DNA of 64,000 nucleotides from Acutalibacteraceae bacterium (GTDB lineage Bacteria; Bacteroidota; Bacteroidia; Bacteroidales; Paludibacteraceae): NCBI GenBank assembly GCA_963659365.1, contig CAVKTI010000004.1, positions 9,776 to 73,775 of the forward strand, read 5' to 3'. Shown piece by piece: positions 1 to 8,390 of this stretch (position 1 is its first letter; each line of letters starts with the position of its first letter). The notes under the pieces were generated by a model. It saw only the letters and a program-made list of their open reading frames with translations, ran no database searches and was not told where the DNA came from. The position numbers and the translations under genes were made by a program.

Positions 1-489
1 TAAGGTGCAGAAAGTTATTGTTAGTCGCAAGATGTGAGTAGCAAGTAGCAAGTAGCAAGACAAGATTTTAAGAAGATAGAACATAGACTTTTTAATTGTC
101 TAATTATCTAATTTCCAATTACTTAATTATTTGAAAATGGCGTCGCTTTTGGGTGCGAATAATTCATAATTCATAATTGGCACTAACCCTACCCCTGCTT
201 ACGCAGGTACTCCCCTTGAAAAGGGGAGAGGACATAACCAACTTGGGCGCAAACCTGTCCCCTTCGCAAGGGGACGAGCGAAGCGGAGGGGTTGGAAACC
301 AATGAATAATTAACAATGAAAAATGAATAATAATTGCGACTTTCGACTACCGAAAACTAGAAATTAGAAATTAGAAATAAAAACGCTTCAACGCTTCAAC
401 AAATAAACACAGAAACAGCGCGTAGCGCGATAAACATAGAAATTTAAAAACAATTCACCAAATTATCAAACAACTAAATCCACAACAAA
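1..489. repeat. Composite intergenic repeat cluster (mosaic of short modules)
   Basis: Contains (TAGCAAG)3 at about 38-58, attttaagaagatagaacatagac, the AT-rich block tttttaattgtctaattatctaatttccaatt, (AATTCAT)2, the three-hairpin GC core at 161-296, (AGAAATT)3, (ACGCTTCA)2 and aaacagcgcgtagcgcg. Nearly the same string recurs at 1243-1689. Confidence 0.9.
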
Positions 490-1242
490 ATGAAACATCT
501 ATCTGAATTTTGGAGAAGTACGCTGCGCTATACGCTAGCGACTTTTATCGGTATTGTGCTGACTTTCGGCACGGCATTCGCCCAGAAACGCTACGAGCAG
601 AAAAAAACCAAGCGCACGGCAGCCGTGATGGTCGTCCATAGCCTGAGTTATTTCGGCGCAAGTATGGATACGCATATCAAAGAACTGGAAAAAAGAGATT
701 CGCTAAATCAAATCGTTTGGAAAGATTGGGAGACCGACAAGCGACTCCCCCAAGATACATTACGACTGTTCACTAATTCTCTGCTCAACCGCGATTTTTA
801 TGGAGAGAACAATACGGCGGAGTCCGTGTTTCGTTCCAATATCGAAACATGGATAAACATTGGCAATGGCGAATTTATAGAATTGGTGAGCCATTGTTTC
901 GCTGCCAGGCATCTAATAAATCAAATGTGCGAAGAGATGGAGGAAGAGAAAAGACAACTTTGGTACACCTATATGAATACCATGTTCTATACCGACAACC
1001 CCACACAGTCAGCCCAAGAAGAGGTCGATCGGGTATTTCGTTCGCCCGAACTCCGCTGTTTTATACAAAAACAACATCAGCTGTATATTCCCTCTTTGAA
1101 AATATGCTTGATGGCGATGGGGGAACAGATCGAAAGGATTAAACAACTAATGCATATTACCGATGAAGAGTTGCAGCAATTTGGCCTTAATACACAAAGA
1201 GAATATATAATTGAACTGACACCGTCAGATGATTCCGAATAA
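490..1242 (+). CDS. Hypothetical membrane-anchored protein, paralog A
   Basis: 250-aa ORF with one N-terminal hydrophobic helix (TLATFIGIVLTFGTAFA). By eye it is roughly 60-65% identical to the 1690-2421 product. No family recognised. Confidence 0.7.
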   Translation: MKHLSEFWRSTLRYTLATFIGIVLTFGTAFAQKRYEQKKTKRTAAVMVVHSLSYFGASMDTHIKELEKRDSLNQIVWKDWETDKRLPQDTLRLFTNSLLNRDFYGENNTAESVFRSNIETWINIGNGEFIELVSHCFAARHLINQMCEEMEEEKRQLWYTYMNTMFYTDNPTQSAQEEVDRVFRSPELRCFIQKQHQLYIPSLKICLMAMGEQIERIKQLMHITDEELQQFGLNTQREYIIELTPSDDSE

Positions 1243-1689
1243 ATTTACACCGTTCAAACGCTCTTATGAAAGTAGCAAGTAGCAAGAAGCAAGACAAGAT
1301 TTTAAGAAGATAGAGCATAGAATATAGACTTTTTAATTGTCTAATTATCTAATTTCCAATTATTTAATTAAAATTTGGCGGCGTTTTAATTCATAATTCT
1401 AAATTGGCACTAACCCTACCCCTGCTTACGCAGGTACTCCCCTTGAAAAGGGGAGAGGACTGAACCAACTTGGGTGCATGTCCCCTTTGCAAGGGGACGA
1501 GCGAAGCGGAGGGGTTGGAAACCAATGAGTAATTAACAATGAACAATGAATAATAATTGCGACTTTCGACTACCGAAAACTAGAAATTAGAAATAAAAAC
1601 GCTTCAACAGTTCAACAAATAAACACAGAAACAGCGCGTAGCGCGAGAAATTTAGAAACAGTTCACCAAATCCCCAAATCCACAAAAAA
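1243..1689. repeat. Composite intergenic repeat cluster, second copy of the 1-489 arrangement
   Basis: Same module order as 1-489, with heptamer-unit indels and the GC core at 1388-1518. The last ~40 nt before the ATG are also conserved. Confidence 0.9.
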
Positions 1690-2421
1690 ATGAAACATCT
1701 ATCTGAATTTTGGAGGAGTACGCTGAGCAATACGCTGGGTGCTTTTTTCGGCATTGTGCTGACTTTCGGCACGACATTCGCTCTGCAACGCTACGAGCAG
1801 AAAAAGACCGAGCGCACGGCGGCATTGATGGTGATTCACAATGTGGACTATTTCTGCGAAATTTTGGGGGACGATATTAACGATCTGGAGAAAAGAGATT
1901 CGCTAAATTTACTTGTTTGGGACAGGTGGGCCGACAATCAACTACCCGACGATACGCTGATGCTGTTCCTTAATGCCCTGCTCAGCCGCGATTTTAATTG
2001 CGACGACAATGCGGTAGAATCGGTGTTCAGTTCCAATATCGAAACATGGACAAACATTGGCAACAGCGAATTTATAGAATTGGCAGGCAAGTGTTTCGCT
2101 GCCAAGCATCAGGCAGTCAAAATACGCCAAGAGATTGACGAGGAGAAACAACGCCTTTGGTACACTTTTATGAAAACTATTGTCTATACCGACAACCCCA
2201 CAGAGTCGCTCCACGAATCGGTAAAACGAGTGTTTAGCACGCCCGAATTCTGTTGTTTCATACGAAAACAGCATCAACAGTATATTCCTGTATTGAAAAT
2301 GAGCTTGATGGTTCTTCAGGAACAGAACGAAAGGAATAAACAACTGATGCAGGTTACCGATGATGAGTTGAAAGAATTTGGTTTTAATGACCACAAAAAC
2401 TATCTATATGAATCCAAATAA
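1690..2421 (+). CDS. Hypothetical membrane-anchored protein, paralog B
   Basis: 243-aa ORF. The N-terminus MKHLSEFWRSTL is identical to paralog A, and it has the same single TM helix. Confidence 0.7.
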   Translation: MKHLSEFWRSTLSNTLGAFFGIVLTFGTTFALQRYEQKKTERTAALMVIHNVDYFCEILGDDINDLEKRDSLNLLVWDRWADNQLPDDTLMLFLNALLSRDFNCDDNAVESVFSSNIETWTNIGNSEFIELAGKCFAAKHQAVKIRQEIDEEKQRLWYTFMKTIVYTDNPTESLHESVKRVFSTPEFCCFIRKQHQQYIPVLKMSLMVLQEQNERNKQLMQVTDDELKEFGFNDHKNYLYESK

Positions 2422-2433
2422 AATTTTACCATT

Positions 2434-3918
2434 ATGAAAACTTTGAAACTATTTTTCCTGCTGATAGTCAGCCTGTTGGCGGTGGCGTGCAGGGACAAGA
2501 AAAATGAGCCAACCATCGACAATAACAACGATGATGCGGTGGAAGTACTACCAACCACCGACCAACTGACCACAACAACAGCCGTGCCTGTTGCCATTGT
2601 GGGTAGCGGATTTAGCGGAGTGGCGCAGGCGTTTATCAATCGTGTGCAACGGCCGCTCTCCGAAATTGCCGACGACACCCGCGCCATTCTTGTGCGTGGC
2701 AACGATTTAAGCACGCACTTGGCCGATGAGACCGTGCGCAGCGCCATCGACAAAGGAGCGGTGCTGATAATCGACCAGCCAACACTCCACGAAATGAAAG
2801 TGGCTATTGACTCCATCTGCATCACCGAGGATTTCGCACTATCGATGGACGACGAGGAGCACGATTACCACATTTGCTACGAGATGGCAGCACTCGACCG
2901 CAATGGAAATGTTTACACCCTAAACGACATTTTCGACGAGGACAACGACACCATCATCGTTCACGCCATGACGCCCTACCTCAACGGCCTGCATGCCGAT
3001 CCATTGGCAGCATGGCTCAACGAACATTACAGCGCTAACGCATCGGCCAAATCGCTTTTGCGCGCTGCCTCGAGCGAACTTTCGTCGGTGATGAACGCAC
3101 AGAACATTACCAAAACCTACACGCTAAGACCATCTAGTGATTGGGATAGCAAACTAAAGGGCAGGCAGTGCGTGTTCACCGTCAGCACCAACATTTGGGC
3201 AGCCTACAAATTCGACGAAGATGCCGACTACTATCTGATAGAGCAGACCATTTGGGGCAATAGCCAAAACTTTTGGGTAGGCAGTTGGACTAGCGGCGAC
3301 TGGAACTATCAAGGTTTTTTCTTGAGTCACATCAAAGCAAACAATAGACTCACGCGCAACTACAACAGCGACGGTGATATTCTGAAATCGACCGACGGTG
3401 CGCAACTGCTCGATTTTTCTCCAACCACCACCAATGGCCAATCGTCGACCAGTGTGAGTGTAGGTTGGAATTTGGGCGGACAGGTTGGCTTGTCGACCTC
3501 TGGGCCGAGCACATCGATTTCAGGCGGCATAAGCGGCAGTGTGAGCAACAGCTACACTACACAGGATATGACCATTACCGCCAAATGTGGCAGCGACAAC
3601 AAGTGTAACAACAATGCCGAGTGGAAGTTTGACATCAAAAGCGACAACTACGGCTTAAAATGGAACGGTCTCTATTTCAACACGCCGCCCGCTCTCGGTA
3701 CAAATACCTACAAATCGACACAATGCTGGCTTTGGAAAGTAGAAAATCCAAAAATTTATAGTAACATAAGACTTCTTACCAGCTTTCACTTCGAGCACTC
3801 ATACAATTCCTATCGCAACACGACTTTCAAATACTATTCCGAAACGAGCGGTTTCAATACGGTCTGGCCTGCAGGATACATCACCATTTGTCCGCCCTAT
3901 CGCGGCGAGGTAAAGTAG
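2434..3918 (+). CDS. Lipoprotein with a C-terminal beta-pore-forming-toxin-like (alpha-hemolysin/leukocidin-like) region
   Basis: 494 aa with a lipobox LLAVA-C19. The Gly/Ser-rich amphipathic segment SVSVGWNLGGQVGLSTSGPSTSISGGISGSVSNSY is followed by AEWKFDIK. This resembles the stem and post-stem (VGWKV) of the Leukocidin/Hemolysin family. The family call is an inference. Confidence 0.6.
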   Translation: MKTLKLFFLLIVSLLAVACRDKKNEPTIDNNNDDAVEVLPTTDQLTTTTAVPVAIVGSGFSGVAQAFINRVQRPLSEIADDTRAILVRGNDLSTHLADETVRSAIDKGAVLIIDQPTLHEMKVAIDSICITEDFALSMDDEEHDYHICYEMAALDRNGNVYTLNDIFDEDNDTIIVHAMTPYLNGLHADPLAAWLNEHYSANASAKSLLRAASSELSSVMNAQNITKTYTLRPSSDWDSKLKGRQCVFTVSTNIWAAYKFDEDADYYLIEQTIWGNSQNFWVGSWTSGDWNYQGFFLSHIKANNRLTRNYNSDGDILKSTDGAQLLDFSPTTTNGQSSTSVSVGWNLGGQVGLSTSGPSTSISGGISGSVSNSYTTQDMTITAKCGSDNKCNNNAEWKFDIKSDNYGLKWNGLYFNTPPALGTNTYKSTQCWLWKVENPKIYSNIRLLTSFHFEHSYNSYRNTTFKYYSETSGFNTVWPAGYITICPPYRGEVK

Positions 3919-3972
3919 AGTCCGAAGTGTAATAAAAAGCCAAATCAATAACCTTTTAACATTTTTACAACG

Positions 3973-4695
3973 ATGAAACGAACGCTTCTATTGCTCTGCC
4001 TTGCCGCCTTTTCGGCGTTGCCAGCGGCAGCGGTTACATGGTTTGTCGGTGTCGCAGGCGGCTACGACTACAACTACTACAGCATCGAAACCCAATACGC
4101 TTACGATATGCGCTACAAGGGCTTGAGCGGCCTTTGCGTGGGCGTTCCCGTGCAACTCGATGTGGTCGATTGGTTTGCCTTGCGTATGGATTTGCAATAT
4201 GTACAGAAGAACCACAAGATGTACCGCACCAACGCCTACGACGGCATTTACACCAACACGCACGACCACTATTTGCAACTGCCTGTGCTGTTCAATTTCT
4301 CGTTTGGCGGCGACAGAGTGCGTGGCTATGCGAGCGTGGGCGGCTATATGGGTTGCTGGTTGGCGAGCCACCGCAAGGGCGTGTCGTTCCTTGCCAACTC
4401 TCGAGATTTTGCTCCAACTTACAGTTTCGACGAATACCGCGAACTCGACACCAAGCACGACAATCGTTTCGATGCGGGGGTAGCGGGCAATCTTGGCTTG
4501 CGTGTCAAAATCGACGAGCGCATGGCGTTCTTTGCCGAGTGCGCCATATTCTATGGACTTGTCAGCACCGAGAAAATCAAAAACAAAGTGTCGCCAACGC
4601 CGCGCTACAACACCACATACGCGCTGCAAGTGGGGCTTCTGTTTGCCCTCGACCGTCGAGCCTACACCAAACATAAAACATCAGAAGAGAGATGA
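3973..4695 (+). CDS. Small outer-membrane beta-barrel protein (OMP_b-brl/PorT-like)
   Basis: 240 aa with a signal peptide (FSALPAAA) and alternating aromatic/Gly beta-strand patterns typical of 8-10-strand OM barrels. The conflicting antisense and alternate-frame ORFs are shadows. Confidence 0.7.
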   Translation: MKRTLLLLCLAAFSALPAAAVTWFVGVAGGYDYNYYSIETQYAYDMRYKGLSGLCVGVPVQLDVVDWFALRMDLQYVQKNHKMYRTNAYDGIYTNTHDHYLQLPVLFNFSFGGDRVRGYASVGGYMGCWLASHRKGVSFLANSRDFAPTYSFDEYRELDTKHDNRFDAGVAGNLGLRVKIDERMAFFAECAIFYGLVSTEKIKNKVSPTPRYNTTYALQVGLLFALDRRAYTKHKTSEER

Positions 4696-5933
4696 AACGC
4701 ACTACTATCTTATCTATCGTCGCACTTGCGCTGATTTTTGCCTCGTGCCGCCAGCACGGCTTGGAACTGATAAATCCCACCGTCGCCACATACGACACGC
4801 CGTCGGAGCAATTCAAAGTTGTGTGGCGCACCATCGACAATGGCTATGCCTTTTGGGACATCGACCCGACCAACTGGGATTCGCTCTATCGTGTCTATCT
4901 TCCGCGCTTCGAGGAGTTAGACGAGTTATACAAAGCGGGGAACTACATTCCGACCGAAACACTGCAGGCGTACTACACCGATATGTGCCAGCACTTTGTC
5001 GATCACCACATGGTGATACAGGTTCTCAATTTGTGGCAAGCCCCCGACGACCCCAACGGTAACAGAGTACTCGTGCAACCGGGCCAAATAGAGATAAAAA
5101 AACGCCCTTACTATCACGCTCATTTTTCGGATACATTGTTGTTGAGTTGTATCGAAAAGATAGAGAAAACAGAGCGGCATTTTGTTGCAGGAAGCAATGC
5201 TAATGGCTACCAAAGTGCCTTGGTGTGCAACTTCGACGGCATTGCCTACCTGAAACTGTCGGGCTATATGCTCACCGATGCCTTTAATGCGTCCGATTCG
5301 CTCAGCGTAGGCATTCGGAAAATATATCTGCAATTCCACCAATGGTGCGCTGCCAAAGACTTGAAGGGCGTTATTCTCGACAACCGTGGCAACACTGGCG
5401 GTAGCCTTTTCGACATGGATTTTGTGGTGTCGCCGTTCCTACAAAACGATATGCTGCTTGGCCATACACGCCGCAAAGAGGGGCTCGGTCGCTACGACTA
5501 CACGCCGTGGATTCCGTACAACATAAAGCACGGCGACCCATTTGCTGGTACTCCCAATCTCGACCCTATCGGCGACATTGCTGTGCCAATAGTAGTTTTG
5601 GCCGACATCAACTCGTTGAGCATGGGCGAACTGACCACACAAGCCATCGCACAGATGCCCAACGGCTGCTTTATTGGCGAACGCACCTTTGGCGGACACG
5701 GGCCATTGTTTCGTCATCTATTCGAAGTAAATTATGCAGGCCCCATCGAGACGACTAACCATGTCGTTTACACCTCGAACGATGTATTTCGTGATGCAGA
5801 CGGCAAAATCACCGAAGGCATAGGCTACACGCCCACCTACGAGGTGCTGTACGACGAAGCACAGATGCGCGCTGGCGTAGATGTACAACTGAACGCCGCC
5901 CTCAACTACATCCGCACAGGCAGTATCAATTAG
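4692..5933 (+). CDS. S41-family (C-terminal processing peptidase-like) lipoprotein
   Basis: 413 aa with lipobox LIFAS-C. S41-like motifs are VILDNRGNTGGS and INSLSMGE (candidate Ser nucleophile). The ATGA start/stop overlaps the upstream gene. Confidence 0.75.
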   Translation: MKRTTILSIVALALIFASCRQHGLELINPTVATYDTPSEQFKVVWRTIDNGYAFWDIDPTNWDSLYRVYLPRFEELDELYKAGNYIPTETLQAYYTDMCQHFVDHHMVIQVLNLWQAPDDPNGNRVLVQPGQIEIKKRPYYHAHFSDTLLLSCIEKIEKTERHFVAGSNANGYQSALVCNFDGIAYLKLSGYMLTDAFNASDSLSVGIRKIYLQFHQWCAAKDLKGVILDNRGNTGGSLFDMDFVVSPFLQNDMLLGHTRRKEGLGRYDYTPWIPYNIKHGDPFAGTPNLDPIGDIAVPIVVLADINSLSMGELTTQAIAQMPNGCFIGERTFGGHGPLFRHLFEVNYAGPIETTNHVVYTSNDVFRDADGKITEGIGYTPTYEVLYDEAQMRAGVDVQLNAALNYIRTGSIN

Positions 5934-6308
5934 TGCCAATAGTTGCAGATGTGTGGATTTGTAAAATCTGTAAATCCGTAAACTTGCAGAGCCGCCACAC
6001 TGTGACGGCTCTACAAATTTAATGAACAATTAAGAATGAAGAATAATTTCTTAATTGTTTGATTTCCAATTATTTAATTATTCGAAGATTTGAGAATTGC
6101 GCCGTTGTTGAGCGCGAAAATTCATAATTGGCACTAACCCCTCCCCTGCCATTCGGCAGGTACTCCCCTTGGAAAGGGGAGAGGACTGAACCAACTTGGA
6201 CGCAAACCTGTCCCCTTTGTAAGGGGACGAGAAAAACGACAGTTTTTCGGGTGGGGTTAAAAAATCAAATAACCAAATCTGCAAATCAACGCTTCAACGA
6301 AAATCAGC
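5934..6308. repeat. Composite intergenic repeat cluster
   Basis: Contains hairpin AGAGCCGCCACACTGTGACGGCTCT, AT-rich heptamer blocks, tgaagatttgagaattgcg, the three-hairpin GC core at 6118-6258, aaccaaatctgcaaatc and acgcttcaac. Confidence 0.85.
5988..6012 (+). terminator. Hairpin (repeat module) downstream of the S41 gene, possible terminator
   Basis: AGAGCCG-CCACACTGTGA-CGGCTCT stem-loop 55 nt after the stop. The U-tract is weak (acaaattt). Confidence 0.35.
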
Positions 6309-6851
6309 CTACTTCTTTAGTGTCCAGATGTGCTTGTAGCCGCCATCTTCGTCCGAATCGGAGAACTCGCCAACCATTTTTGTGTCGGTAAGCGTGGTAA
6401 TTTCGATGACATACTTCTCGTCGGTTTTCTCCTCTTCGCCCAGCGTCAGAGCAAGATACTGCTTGCCCTCTTTGGTCGATAATTCGTACTTTCCGTTTAC
6501 CGATTCGGACTCGCCATCTTCGACCAGCGTAAAAATCATTTTTCCGCCCTTTTCGAAAGTCATCGAAAGGCGCACAACAATAGAGTCCGTTTGTATTACT
6601 TTGCCCGACTCGTTGTAGAGAATCATCTGCTGCGCTTCGTAGTCGATAGTCGCAATACGCACGCCAGTTTTCAAAAATCCTTCGTCGCGCACCATCGTCC
6701 ATGTGCCAAGAATGGGCGACGACGACTCCTCCTTCTCTTTAGTGGACGACGACGGCTCGTTCTTCTCTTTTTTGTCGCAACTTGCAAACAAAACGGCCGC
6801 AGCAGCAAAAATCGCGCCGCAAAACAGCCAATAACTGATTTTTTTCTTCAT
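6309..6851 (-). CDS. Lipocalin-like domain lipoprotein (hypothetical)
   Basis: 180 aa with lipobox LFAS-C, a Ser/Glu/Lys linker, then a GTWTMV motif typical of Bacteroidetes lipocalin-like domains. Confidence 0.7.
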   Translation of the reverse strand: MKKKISYWLFCGAIFAAAAVLFASCDKKEKNEPSSSTKEKEESSSPILGTWTMVRDEGFLKTGVRIATIDYEAQQMILYNESGKVIQTDSIVVRLSMTFEKGGKMIFTLVEDGESESVNGKYELSTKEGKQYLALTLGEEEKTDEKYVIEITTLTDTKMVGEFSDSDEDGGYKHIWTLKK

Positions 6852-6894
6852 TTTGTAATGTTTTTATCGACAGGCGACATTGCCTATCGGGCGA

Positions 6895-6902
6895 CAAAGA
6901 TA
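6895..6902 (-). promoter_or_regulatory. Candidate Bacteroidetes -7 box (TATCTTTG)
   Basis: caaagata on the + strand equals TATCTTTG on the - strand, 44 nt upstream of the ATG at 6851. It matches the TAnnTTTG consensus. Confidence 0.45.
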
Positions 6903-7019
6903 CGACACTTTTTGCGCGCCACAACACCACAAACCAAAGTTTATAGTTATTTAACTTTCTGTTCAACAAATGTTTAACAACGAAAATCGCGGCACGGAAT
7001 GGTTTTGACGAGGAAAATT

Positions 7020-7241
7020 TCAGATTGGGTAGATCCGTTGATCGGTTGAAAAGTTTATTTATTGATTTGCAGATTTGGTTATTTGGTTAAACCCCTCCGC
7101 TTCGCTCGTCCCCTTACAAAGGGGACAAATTCGCGCCCAAAGACGCCTTATTTTTTAATTAAATAATTGGAAATTAGATAATTAAAAGTCTATATTCTAT
7201 GCTCTATCTTCTTAAAATCTCTTCTTGCGACTTGCTTCTTG
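7020..7241. repeat. Composite intergenic repeat cluster (reverse orientation)
   Basis: Holds reverse complements of the modules in 1-489. These are a partial GC core at 7088-7140 (cccctccgcttcgctcgtccccttacaaaggggac), the AT-rich block, ctatattctatgctctatcttcttaaaat and (CTTGCTA)n. Confidence 0.85.
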
Positions 7242-8204
7242 CTACTTGCTACTATCAAATACCCACTTCACATTATCGACCCAGAGTGCGTTGCCAGGGT
7301 GGCCGCAGAAAGCGGGATAGCAGCCTGCCGTTATCATCAGAATGATGTGCGTCGGGGTGTCGTCGGCTGTGCCCCAGCCCACCTCTTTTATTGGCACCAT
7401 TTTGCCTTTCGAGTTGTGGGCTTTGAACTGCGCCGCCACAGGAAACAAATCCATATAACTCTTGAAATAGGGCGTTTGCGTGATGTCGCCATAGTGAATA
7501 TCGATGCGATAGTTGTTTTGCCACTCGGGAATGGTGTGGTCGAAACGCTCGCGCGCCGTGGCAATGCGTTTGGCGTAGATGTTGCCATTGCTGTCCTCCC
7601 ACCGTTTTTGCAGATAGACATGCACTTCGGGTTCGTCGTGGCCGTCGATCCACTTCTTTTTCGACAGCCCTGTGGCTTTCAGCACTTTCTGCTCGGGACT
7701 GACGCGCGTTTTTAGGTCAAGCATCACGGCTTTGGGCTTTTGTGTGAACGGAATGCCCATGTCGATGGCGGCATACGGGTCGTTGGCATCGGTTACAGGT
7801 TCGATATTTTTGCCAAGAAAGAGCGTGCCAGCGACGCACACTTCGAGGTCGATAAATCCGAATACCCTCACCGCTTCGACGCGCATATCGAGGCGGGCGC
7901 AAGTGCCGTTGCCGCGCCGTTCGGGCTGGGTGCTGCACGCCCCTTTGTCGATGCCCGCTGGACTGGCGTAGGCGTTCGATATACCCCAAATAGTTTTGCT
8001 GAAATCGTAGGGCGCATTTTTACGAATAGTGTCGGTAGGACCAAGCACATAGAGCGTTTTGGTTTCGCCGCCGAGCATCCGCGACTCTTTGATGTAGCGC
8101 ACCGTCCAATGCTCCATATCGCCATATTTTATCGGCACAATGCGCTCCTGTGCCATAGCCGTAGCCGCAAAAGTGAGCAGCAGAGATGTATAAAGTTGCT
8201 TCAT
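7242..8204 (-). CDS. PCMD-domain-like secreted protein (putative carbohydrate-metabolism domain)
   Basis: 320 aa counted from MKQLYTSLLLTFAATAMAQE (signal peptide). The 12-codon upstream extension in the ORF track lies in repeat DNA. The family call rests on remembered N-terminal similarity only. Confidence 0.65.
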   Translation of the reverse strand: MKQLYTSLLLTFAATAMAQERIVPIKYGDMEHWTVRYIKESRMLGGETKTLYVLGPTDTIRKNAPYDFSKTIWGISNAYASPAGIDKGACSTQPERRGNGTCARLDMRVEAVRVFGFIDLEVCVAGTLFLGKNIEPVTDANDPYAAIDMGIPFTQKPKAVMLDLKTRVSPEQKVLKATGLSKKKWIDGHDEPEVHVYLQKRWEDSNGNIYAKRIATARERFDHTIPEWQNNYRIDIHYGDITQTPYFKSYMDLFPVAAQFKAHNSKGKMVPIKEVGWGTADDTPTHIILMITAGCYPAFCGHPGNALWVDNVKWVFDSSK

Positions 8205-8390
8205 TTTTTTAATTGATAATTGACAATGGATAATTGACAATTGACAATGAAAGGTTAGAGGTTAGAGGTTAGAGGTTAGAGGTTAGCGTTTATAGAATAA
8301 AGACAAAGACTTTTTTTTTGAAGATTTGAAGATTGCGGCCTTTTTGAATGCGAATAATTCATAATTCTAAATTCAAAATTCTTAATTTTC
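8205..8390. repeat. Composite intergenic repeat cluster
   Basis: Contains (ATTGACA)n at 8211-8248, (GGTTAGA)4-5 at 8253-8286, (TGAAGAT)2+tgcggcc, and aattcataattctaaattcaaaattcttaatt. Confidence 0.85.

Noticed and set aside
1587-1772. Short ORFs lying in mosaic repeat DNA, for example 1587-1772, 6078-6284, 6128-6391, 35297-35636, 37106-37617, 38735-38995 and 29312-29895.
   Set aside because: They are translations of repeat modules, with low-complexity products and no start context. The same DNA occurs in both orientations elsewhere, which is incompatible with conserved coding.
8253-8286. Possible CRISPR arrays among the regularly spaced short repeats, for example (GGTTAGA)n, (ATTTCAA)n at 40471-40516 and (AAGCAAG)n at 38795-38833.
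   Set aside because: The units are 7-8 bp and directly abutting, with no spacers. No repeat of CRISPR length (more than 20 bp) is separated by unique spacers, and there are no cas genes in the window.
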